A stretch of DNA of 64,000 nt, from positions 1,319,513-1,383,512 of the forward strand of contig MU057989.1 in assembly GCA_013265495.1 (NCBI GenBank), in the 5' to 3' direction. A model generated the notes under the pieces. It was not told where the DNA came from. It made no database searches and saw nothing but the letters and a program-made list of their open reading frames with translations. The position numbers were made by a program, and so were the translations under genes. Origin of the DNA: Vicugna vicugna (taxonomy: Eukaryota). Positions 36,421 to 47,441 of the stretch are shown piece after piece (the stretch's first letter is position 1; the number at the start of each line of letters is the position of its first letter).

Positions 36421-37369
36421 TCAGGAGTTACATGGCTGGTGCCAGGAGAAATATTGATCTTTATGGTTGAGCAGGTATTTCTGCCGTTGGGGAGGTCTGG
36501 TTAATGCATAAAGCGGATGCACAAGGCACACTGGAGGGGAGGGAGGAGGCCCAAATGGGCAGAGAAAAATTTTGTTTAAATTTTTCTTGTCTCCCCTTAA
36601 CATATGACTTTTTATTTCATTGTACTCAATAAATCCCCCTAAAAATTTATCACGAAAATGTATGAACATACAAAAAACTCATCACTTTCATTCTTAACAT
36701 TTTGCTATATTTGCTTTATTAGATGGAGTCTAGCCATCAATTAATCTTATTTTTTAATGCATTTCCAGCAAGTCGTAAACATCAGTACACTTCACGCTTT
36801 AACACTTCAGCATATACATTATTTTGAGTTTAGTATCTGTTTTTAAGGTTACATTTACACAGTAGAACGTATTTTTGTGTTTTCCTATAACTTGATTTAC
36901 CCCTTCTACTTGGTGTTCTCCCTACGGCGGTGTCTGCCCTTCTTTTTTAACTGTGGCACAACTCTGTTAAATGGATGGGCCCCAGTTAACCCCCAGCCCA
37001 ACCTCTTCTGATGAACGTTTGGGTTGTTTCACGGTTTTCGCCGAAATGGCGTGTCCTGGTAAGTGCTGCAATGACCTTCCTAGTTTGTGCCTTTCTGGGT
37101 TCTCGCCAAGTGTTTCTCTGGAACAGCTTCCCAGAAGTCGAAATACTGGATCAAAGAGAATGTCCATTCTAAATTTTAACATACCTTGCCAAACTGTTCC
37201 CTCCTTCCCAACAACTCCCTCAAACACCGCACATTGTCCACACCTTTGCCAATACCGGACAATGTCAGTGTTTTAATCTTCAGCCAATCGGATGGTTAAG
37301 GGAATGACGGGATACCAGTGTGGATGGAACAGAAAGGGCAGGTGGAGCCCAGCATGAGATGAACCTGAG

Positions 37370-38220
37370 GCGGTGGCGACACGGGGCTAGAAAAGCGCGT
37401 AGCCCCGAGGCGTCCTCTTAAGCACGGGGGTCTCAGGGAAGCCAGCTTTTTCACTCGCCAGCACTCCGACTTCTGCAGCAGACCTGGGGGCCCGCAGAGT
37501 TGCCTCGTGCCCGCCGCAGGGGCGTGTCCTCCTCAGGCCCCGCCCCCGCTGCGTGCGCACGTCGGGCCGCCTGCTCGACTGCGGCGTGCCGCGGCGGCTG
37601 AGGGAGTCGCTGACAGACTCGCGGACGCGGCGCTGACGGGAGGTGGAGCGTCCCTGCGGCCGGTGAGTGCCCGCGCCCTGCCGGGCCTCCCTCACGGCTC
37701 CTTGGCGACCCTGACCGGCCCGGGCCCTCTGGAGCTGGGCTTGTCTGGCCGCGGGCCGCTACGCCCCAGCGCAAGCCTGAGGGACCCCGGCGGGCCCGGG
37801 CGCGGGGTGGCGGGGAGCCGGGCAGGCGGGGCGGGGGGACCCCGCTTCCCAGACGGTGTTTCAGAGGCCAGGGGGCGGCCTTAGCCACCCGTTCGTGTTG
37901 GTCCCCGTCGGGCCCACCCCCTCCCGGCGTCACGAGTGCCCCGGGGTGGTGACCCCCGGGTCGCCGCTAGCGGACTTGGCGTTCCTGGCGGGGCTTGCAA
38001 TCTCTGACCGCCCATACGGCGCGTCCGTCCACCGTGGGCCGGAGAGGACCCGGACCTGGCCCGGCGTCGGAGATCCGTGTCCGGGAGGCTGGCGTGGGCC
38101 GGGCTCTGCCCTTCCTCCTCCTGACTCACCTCAATCCGAAGGGCCCTTTGAGTCACAGTCGTGACTTCCCCAGTGACCCGCGGCCGCCACATTGCGAGGG
38201 ACCAATGTCAGGGACAGCCG
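37370..38220. promoter_or_regulatory. CpG island / HMOX2 promoter
   Basis: Very high GC/CpG; GC box CCCCGCCCCC at 37538-37547 followed by an NRF1-like TGCGTGCGCA; no TATA box seen. Confidence 0.88.
37565..37662 (+). other. HMOX2: HMOX2 non-coding exon 1 (start approximate)
   Basis: Strong donor CCG|GTGAGT at 37662/37663 in the CpG island; GGCTGAGGGAGTCGCTGAC...CCTGCGGC resembles the mammalian HMOX2 5' UTR as I recall it. Confidence 0.75.
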
Positions 38221-39888
38221 GTTAGTCTGGCAGGGAGTTTACCTGTCACCTCATAAGCGCAGTGCCCTAGGTGTGTTAATTGCCCCATAAAAGCTGCAGG
38301 ACCGCCTTGCACCGTCTTTGCACAAAACCTGTATGTGTCATGCTATTTAAATTACTTATGTGGCCTGTGGCTGTTCATCCTTCTTGTGTTGTATTCATGG
38401 CTCTGTGAACCACACAAGGCGGAATGTGATTGAAAAAAGATAAACATGTTATAATGTAGTATAGTTCAGGAAGCCCTCTCACTCCCAGCCCATAACAAAA
38501 CCCTGTGAGTTGATAGTTTTCCCACTTGTAAAATGGGGTTAATGGTGAGATTCTGGTTAAGAGACTTGGACTGCATCTCACAACCAAGAAGATGGCACAG
38601 ATGGTCCTGTCCCTGGTCGTCTGCCCCCAGATCCCATGCGCTTTCCTGAACAGAGCTGTAGAGATTAGAAATGGATTGTTATTTAACCTGACTTCCCCCT
38701 TCCCCTAAACTGTCCTCCCAAGTAGAAGCAAACAGGAACTCACTGGTTGTATGTATTTGAATTTCTGTTACGGCATTAACGAGTGTTTTGATTAAAATTT
38801 TACCTGCTGTATTAACATTTTTAGTTTTTCTTTTGCAAGGAGGGGCATAAGGAATATAAATGAGTAAATCTGTGCTTTATTCATTATTTTTTTTTTTCAA
38901 GAAACATCACGGGACAGAACATCACAGGCTTACCAGGAGCTCACTGTTCAATTGAGCATTTACAAGTTTACTTGGTAAAATTGGAAAAAAGTTTTGAAAT
39001 AACAGTACCTAAGCCAAAACACTGGTGAGGGTATGGGAATTCGAGGGACCTTGGAAACAGATGCATCGAGTGACCTCACCTGACTGGAGATGTTAAGAGG
39101 AAAAATCTGATTCTCCATTGTCTGACTTGATTTCTTTTTTTCCTTTGCATCAATAAGGTGAGATGGTGTGAGTCACCAGAGTCAGCAGTATGAGCTACTC
39201 TAGAAACGACAATGCCAAGGAGATTAATTACAGAAAACATTAATTGCCTTTGGCTCACCCCTCACTGAGTCTGTCGAAAAGCAAAACTAGACAGACAGCT
39301 AAGGGCTTTGGGCTACCTTGATTTTTGTTTCTTTTTAAAAGCTGACTCTCATCATAGGACAGTTAAACTCTATCAAATTTGTACCAAAAACTGAAATATC
39401 ACTCCTCCAGGAGGAAGCTGTTTTTGAAAATTGGAATTGTATGTTTCAGTGTAAAATGTAAAATTTAGCTTGTAACTCCTTGGAGAGAAAGATGAAAAAT
39501 TTGAACAATATATTACTTCCTTGTATATCATTGGCCGTAGTTAACTAAGAAGTTAACAGACGATTAATACAATCTTTTTTCTGATAGTAGTTAATGGGAG
39601 AATTAAGAGATATGGGTCACATCTCCTTTTGTGTTGAACACAGTGAAGGTTATTTGCTTTTTAACTTAATTCATTGTATCTGATAGGTTTATTTGTGTAG
39701 AGACATAGGATGAAAGCTCTGTCTTTCATTGTAATGTGAATAATCTCTCAGGATATTTTTGCCTTGCTGAAGAGTGCCATTACTGATTCATTCTTGCCAG
39801 CAATGAGAGAGGTGGGGAGCGAGTCTTTAATTGGAAGAGGTAATATAACTGCTTATACTGGGGTCTTTATTTTTAAGTTCTGTTTTTT

Positions 39889-40019
39889 TTTTTAAGTTTT
39901 TTTGGGGGTGGGGGGTAATTAGGCTTATTTATTTATTTTCAGAGGAGGTACTGGGGATTGAACCCAGGACCTCATGCATACTAAGCATGCGCTCTACCAT
40001 TTGAGCTATACCCTCCCCC
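39889..40019 (-). mobile_element. tRNA-Ala-derived SINE (vic-1-like)
   Basis: Family core; TSD TTCTRTTTTT. Confidence 0.88.
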
Positions 40020-40211
40020 TTCTATTTTTTTTATATGGAAAATATTTCACTCTGGTGACCACTCAGGTGCTCTGTAGTATTATTCTCTCTATGGTTTACT
40101 TCTCCATATTGACTTCATTTATTTACTGTAAGATGTCTCCCATTGTATTACACGTTTTAAAGCCAGGTAATGAAGGCAGCTGACTTTAAATTCTTTTTAA
40201 ACTTATAATAA

Positions 40212-41007
40212 ACTGAACATACAGTAGTGAAATACATAACTGATGGTCTGGTCTAGCAATATTACATATATCTACAGAATATGCAGTTACATTTATTCAT
40301 AAATCCTTTTGATATGACCAGTGTCTTTCCATTTAAGAATAACAATGATTTTTGGAGTTTACTATAGATAATTTAGAGGTGCATAGCTGTTGTGAAGGAA
40401 CTAAATTTACAATCAGTTCATCAGAGGACTGCATCTAAATTGCCATCATGGCTGACTGAAATGGAGCCAGGAACTCCTTCTGGGTCGTCGTATCAGCCAC
40501 ATCTATATTCAGACCTTACAAGGCAATATTCCTGAACCCTTAACTAGGTATTTTGAAACAGCGGTTAAATTCATGAGGCTCTTCTCAGTGAGCAGGTTTT
40601 AATGTTGCTTTGATGTAATTTTAGAAGGCTTTTAGCAAACGTGTATTTCTCAAAGTGATGTATTTCTTCTAAGCAGATATTTTAATAGTAATCCAAAGGC
40701 TGTTTAGTCTGCTTATGGAATAGAAATTGCATCAGGATACACGTCTTCTTGCTGTTCAATGATGTGATGTTGAGGAGGGTTCTTTTTCAAATGTATGCTT
40801 AAGTATCTCTATGAAAGTCTGCAGATACACTGCTTTGTACTTCAAAATGATTGAATTGTTAAGTACAAGATTGAGCTAATTAATCAATTTGTAACCATTG
40901 TTTTCACTCACAAACAACTATACAACACTAGACAATGTTTTGCATCTAATTTACATTTAATTTATATTGGAGTGAAAGATAAACTGTTTTTCTCTAAAAA
41001 AAAAAAA
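40212..41007 (+). pseudogene. Candidate 5'-truncated processed retrocopy of an unidentified mRNA
   Basis: AT-rich, not recognisable as a transposon; ends GATAAA (40978-40983) + 12 nt + A12 (40996-41007); decayed frame 40212-40535 with three TAG stops; left boundary uncertain. Confidence 0.5.
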
Positions 41008-44000
41008 GCTGTAGTGGTATATTTTTGGCCATGAGAAAAACATTTTATACCTTTTGAGCTGCAGTTTCTGTATCTGAAAAATGAGGTTAATACTTGATGA
41101 TCTTTCAAGTCTTTGGCGCCTTGAATGCTACTTTTTGATCTAGGATGGGGTTTCCAAACCTTTATATTTCACTGGGTTTGGAATTTGGCCTGGGAACCTG
41201 TGTTTAAAGTTTCCCATGTGATTCCTGTTTGGGGCGACTTGTCTAAAATACAGGCTGGGAAGAAGAGGGAGTAGACTGGCAAGAACGCAGAGAAGTAAGT
41301 GACGGGATACACGAGGGAGACAGCAGGGAGGACAGAAAGAGGGATTGTTGTACGCAATGACTGCTGTCAGCCTTTCTGTCGGAGGCCCAGCAAGTGGATA
41401 TTCTCTTCTCTCTACTTAGAGGAAAAAATTAATTTTTGTCACACGAATAGATTTGTTTCCTTCCCAGGAGTATCATGGGCCTAATTATTGTCATAGTTCT
41501 CAGTAACTTTAAAAGGGCTTTGAGAAAGAATGGCATAAAGAGACAGGTGTCTTGCATCCCGCCAGCCTGACTTTTTCTGAATACTCCTAGCTTCCTGCCT
41601 TTCTCCTGATGAACCCTCTGTCTTGGAAGACTCAGGTTTCCCTGTCAAGTATTATATTCAATCCCACAATTACCTGAGGGCTGTGGGAAGGTGCTAGCAA
41701 GATTAAAACAACCTGCCATCAAGCTTTTAGCTAATCTAGCTGGCTCGCCTGCCTCATCAGTCACTGTGATGATCATATTTATTATGCCAAACACTGGGAC
41801 CAGTAGTCTGAGCGTACAGGTGTACTGAATGAGTTGGTGAGACAGGATATTTGAGTAAACTGTCCTGGAAAATCTGGAACACAAGGCTCTGCCTTTAGCC
41901 TGTTGTCTGTACTGCACAATTAGTATTTATACTATAGTACACCTGATATGTTATTTATCTTTCTATTTCTCCATCTCTCTCTCTCTCTCAAGCTACTTGA
42001 AGTCCAGGATAAGATCTTAGGCCTCTTTGTAATTCATGGAGCCCATGAGCATTATAAATATTTGTTGATGATAACATGGCATGTCACATGCCCAAGTGTA
42101 GTCATCCCTTCCTTAGATACTGGATCTGCTGTTCTCTCTGGCAAGACTGCTACCAGCTACTGCAGAGTAACTGTTGTCACCTGAAACTCCTTCCAGGGCA
42201 ATTTAGAGAAGGTCAGGCAGATGAAGGGGAAGAATTGATGAGCAGAACTGATGGTGGCTTGGGAGAGGGGTCTAGGTAATAGTGTTTGAAGGCAGATGAG
42301 AAAAGCAGGTGTGGTGAGGGGACATTAAACCTTTACTCCCTTGATTTTCTATAGGAAGACAAGGGAAGAGTCAGGGCTCTCTTTGCTTAGTAGTAGCAGG
42401 TATCCCACTAATTAGAAAATAACTTTTAAAACATTCCATTCCTCTACCACACACTTGGGTTTTTGTCAACCTCAGCAGAATTTCTAAGTATGCTCAGTGT
42501 CATGTTTGTCTTGCTTTGTAGCACTTTCTGTGTTTGCTGAAAGTCATAATAGTGGACCCAAAAGGAACAAAGTGGTGCGACTGGCTGCTGTAGGTTATGC
42601 TTTCTTGCCTTTACATGTGGCTTTTCCAGGGCATATGCCCAGATTTTAAAGAAGTCAACACAGTCAAGTGCAAGTGCCTGCAGGTAGAAGGACAAAGAAA
42701 CAGTGCTATCTGCCTGTTTGGCAAGCATGTACTGCCTGTCTGGTGTGCAGAGTACTGGCACTGAGCAGATGTGCAAAAACAGCAGCAAGCCCAGCAGTCC
42801 TTGGTCACCAGGAGTTGGCAGCCACCCTGGGGAGGTGCAGAACAGTAAATTCACTTTGTAAGGTTTATGATTGTGGCTTGACACCAGTATTCTAGGAGGT
42901 CAGGGAAATGAGAGCTGAGAAATGGAAAAGATAGTAACTTGAACTGAACCTCACTGGGTTAAGGGAAAGACAGTAGGAAGAGAAAAGAAGGGAGGAGGGG
43001 AAACCCCTCTTTAATGAATTAGCCTTCAGGGTTCTTACCGAAAACATTACCCACAAAAAGAATGTCTGTCATAAAATGACTCTTCTAGAATAGGGATTCT
43101 TAACCTGAATTCTGGGTCCACAGATGAACTTTAGGGGCCTGTGGTTGCTCTGGAATGGCATGGGCAACATTTTTTTTTTAAATATGTGATTGTCCTAGAG
43201 AGAGAGTTTGAAGCCTTCATTTGATTCTCAGAAGGATTTGCAACCCCAAAAGGCTAATGATTATTCTGACAAATATCCTTGCCACCCATCTTCAGAAGTG
43301 CACGTCTGAATTTGTATCTTCAGATGCGGCGGTATTTGGATGGAAGATTAGAGACAGAAACCCTAGGATTCGTTTGTAAACAAACAACCTACTGTTGAAC
43401 ACTAGCTGTCATGAGACAGAATGCTCCTGCAAAGGACAGCGTGTTCCCATATACACAGTGGTCTAATCTGGTTCCCAGGGGTGGGGCCCCTAAAGTGCCC
43501 ATACTGATTAGTGTGAGTGAGGCTCCAGATCTGCTCTCAAGAGAGACCTTACAGTCAAATGTAGCTGATTATAGTATACACCTGCCCATGATACAGACTT
43601 AGAGCCAAGTAGGATTGTTGGGGATGGTGTAAGTTGACATAAACATCACATGCTTTTTGGAAGGTCAGAACATTTTTCAGAAACTGCTGGGACTGTGCGA
43701 AACAAGGTATGAAAGAGTAGAGGGAGCCCTGCTCAGGCCTGGGAACAGTGGCTGATCTGGGATCAGCCTCCCCCTGCTGTTTTGAACATACAGGCCTGGA
43801 AGACTGTCCCAGAGCTGCCGTCACTTAGCACGCACAGCAGGAATGGAAACTGGTTCAAAGTGAGCACCCTAGCTCCCCTAGACCTCTGCCAGCAAACCAG
43901 GCTGAGCTCAGAGTTTCTAAGAGCGCTGTGTCCCTCTCCCCTCCCTCAACTCCCACTGTGGATGCTATAACTGTGGATGCTCCACTGTACTTGCTTCACG

Positions 44001-45963
44001 TGTTGACCTGTGTAGGGGTTTAGTTTGGGAGAATGTTGAGCATACCTTTCAGTGCCCTGGGGCACTTGATTCTCTGCCTTTCTTGGACAGTTGCCCTCCC
44101 CGTTTTGTCTGCCTTCTTTTTTCCTAGTTATTCATTCATTATTGCCTAATCAGGTCCTTAGTCAGCAGTAGGTGTTCTGGGCCATTTGAATTTCTTTTTG
44201 ATGATGATGATAGATGGCGATAGTGATGTTTGACTAGTTCTGGAGACCTCTTGGAAATTACAGGCACTCACTTCACATAGCTTTAATTCTTGTAGTTTGT
44301 AGGGGCTGCCTCACGAAACAGGAAGTTATTTAGTAGCAAACTGCTGTTTGTTTTTATATTTTCTCTTTTGGTGAAGTGCAATTACTGTAGCATTTTGCTT
44401 TTTCCCCTTGCAATAATGATAACCTAATGCCTTAGTGTATTTCCTCCAAAATATGTTTAAAGACAGGATGTGGGCTTGTTAAAAGAAGGTTGATGTCTTC
44501 CCTAGAGTAACAAACGTGAAGAGAATACTGCTACAAAATCCCTTCTCTAAAGCCAGCTCAGTGAATATAGGGTTTTCACGGAGGCAGACAGCAGGAGGAG
44601 TCAGTGGTTTGTGGGTGCCTGGGGTGGAGGAGTGCTGGCAAGGGTTTGTTACCAGGACTGTTAAAATTTTGCCTATTTTTTTTAAAGGGTAAAACAGTAT
44701 TCTGCTCTTAATCAGGCTTTCAAAGTCTTTAAAACAAAATCTAAAAGGTGTGTTCTCAATAGCTGTATCTGTGGAATGTAAGGAAGCCAGTAAAGGCAAT
44801 GCAGTGCAGCCTTTCCCCATCAGATATGAAACAGGGAGCTATTTGAGCAAAAAGCATCATGTGCTTGGTCTCCCCATGAGGCCCATGTCACTCCTGCCTC
44901 CCCCACCAATAGAAATTTCTGCAGTAAAAATGCTACTCAAAAATGCTTACTTATTAGCCAGCCATTTTTCTTATTTCTGGGATTCTCTTTTGAATTTTCT
45001 CTTTGTCACCTGCTCTTTGATAATACCTTGATTTTGAGACAACCTTACATTCTGGAAATCATTCATTCACTCAGCAAACCTTGATTAGGTAGGTACTCTA
45101 TGTTGGGCAGTAGGAGGCAAAGATAAATGAACCGCAATCTGGAATAAAGACACGTATACCAAGAAGTACTGTAACAGGATACAAGTGCTATAATAATGAA
45201 AGACTTGTCTAAGTAGCTCTTAATGTAATACCAGGCCTCCAAGATCGTCCAGCTCATTGTTTTCTAGACCTTATTTTTAGAAGCAGCACAACTCTATTTT
45301 CAAAGAATGTATGGGAAGGAATAGGGGAGTTGCTCTGTCTGAAATGGGTAGAGGGAAGCCCAGTCTTTCCTGCTCTGCCTCCAGTTAAGTACCATCCTCC
45401 CCGCAGCTCACTGAGAAGTGCCTTTTATTTTATACATGAAGGTGTTGCAGTTCCGGGGAAGTCTTGTAATACAGTTAGTGCAGACCTGGTAGTAGAACTT
45501 AGTTCTCCTCATTCTTAGCCTGCTTGTCAGTTGGACACCAGACTGATAAACAATAATGAGATTTTCTCCCAGTTTTGTGTTCCATTCAACAAGTAAGTCA
45601 ATAAACTCATTTCTGTCGGGGCTTCACCTCTGCCTGACTTTGTTTTACTGAGCCTGCTTTAAAGATTTTGCATCCTAGGAATCTAAGTACAAATCAGTCC
45701 TATTCCCAGGAAGGTACTGTGACCCTTTTCATTGACATCTGTGGATGGTGCCAAGTTATCCTGCCTACTGGCACCCTCTTCTGTTTTCTGGTGGAAATTC
45801 ATTTTCTCCAGAAATCTCTGTAAAGGGTATTTGATGAAGGTATGATGGATGGTGTGACGCATAGTGCCAAAACAAACCTCATCTTGTCTCCCTGTAAACA
45901 GATGAAGGGATGAGAAGAGTCTTAGACTCATCCTTGTGTGAACCACTGCTTCTGAGGTTCAAG

Positions 45964-46204
45964 CAGGGTTTCCCAACCTCGGTTTTGTTTACATTTGGGG
46001 CTAGATTGGTGGTGGTGGGTGTGTGTGTGCACGCACACTTGTACTTTCTGTGCATTGTGGGATATTGAGCAGTATCCCTGCCTCTGTCTATTTGATTCCA
46101 GTAGCACAGCCCACACCCCACACCCCACTTGTGACAACCAAAAATATCTCCAGGTATGGCCTGATGTCCCTTGGGGTGTAAAATGGCCCCCATCTGAGTC
46201 ACTG
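45964..46204 (-). mobile_element. MER20 (hAT-Charlie) DNA transposon
   Basis: CAGGGTTTCCCAACCTCGG...GTGCATTGTGGGAT..TTGTGACAACCAAAATATCTCCAG..GTCCC..GGG..AAAATGGCCCCC..CACTG matches the reverse MER20 consensus. Confidence 0.8.
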
Positions 46205-47302
46205 GGTTGGGGATTGATTATCATGGGATGTAAATACAAATCAGAGTTATCAAGTAAATTTTTCACTTACTTCGACCTTTATTTATAGCAATGAGCTGCT
46301 CTAAAGAAACAAAGCAATAACGCATCCTGTCCCCCATCTTGACCCTCTGTAGCATGGAGGGGCCTTCATGTTCAGAGTCTCCCTGAAAGAGTTTGAACTC
46401 TGGTGATTGTCTTCCTTTAGGTCCTTTGCAAAATTTATTTTTCTAGAAATTCCAAGGTTTTTCTGTTCCTTTCTTGGTATCTGGTGTTCAAATGAAAACA
46501 GAGTGTCTTCATAGTGAGCATTTAACCCAGGATAGATTGGATGCTACTTTAGGGCCTTTCGTAGAGACAGGGGTATTTCCATTTCTTGACTAAAAGTATA
46601 TAGGGACATTTGTTAACTTTAAGCTTTAACTGACTTCTTTTTTTAAGTTCATTAATCAGCATCATACAACATGGCACAGTTTTGTAAGAAATTTATCTCA
46701 TTTAATTTTCATAGTTGGCCTCTCTTGCCTTCTGAGATGGCCTGCACTCTGTCTATGGAGTGTGTATCTCCCTGAATAAATCTACTTTCACTTTACTGTA
46801 GAATGTGTATCTCCTGGGGCTACTCTCTCTTCTGAGGGAGCTGCATTCTGTCTATGGAATGTGTATCTCTGTAAATAAAAGAAAATTTTTTTGGTACCTA
46901 CCTTGCAGAGTAGTTATTACTATCCTTACAGATGAAGAAACTGAGACTCCGAGAAGCTAAATAGCTGGTCCAAGGCCACCCAAGCAGGACCAGGGTTTAT
47001 CCTCTGTTGTGACCAACTAGAGCCTGTGCGTTAACCACATCCCTGCGCTGCCTCTCAGCCTGTGTGTGGATTCTCTCTTGACTGGGCTTATTAGTTCAGG
47101 TAGGGTTTGTTGGGAGTCTACCATGGGTTGGCTCTAGAGATCATCACGCAGTTCCGTCATTGCCTCAACTTCTTTGGTGTCCTGTCAGCACGTTAGCGTT
47201 GTGCTGTGCCAGTAGGACTTCCGTGCCTGTGGCTGCTGTTAGACTTCTTGAGCCCATCTCCCAGAAACTTTGAGATGGAGAGATTCAGTCTCCCATGTTT
47301 TT

Positions 47303-47441
47303 TATTTCATTTTTTTTGCAGGGGATAGGTAATTAGGTTTTTTTACTTGCTTATTAATTTTTTCAGTGGAGGCACTGGGAATTGAACCCAGGACTTTGTG
47401 CATGCTAAGCATGCACTCTACCGCTTGAGCTATACCCTCCT
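47303..47441 (-). mobile_element. tRNA-Ala-derived SINE (vic-1-like)
   Basis: Family core; imperfect TSD TCTYCCATGT. Confidence 0.88.

Noticed and set aside
37387..38225. Many ORFs over the HMOX2 CpG island (also 30880-31586 at NMRAL1)
   Set aside because: Stop-codon scarcity in GC-rich islands; only the 40-nt NMRAL1 start segment is supported as coding.
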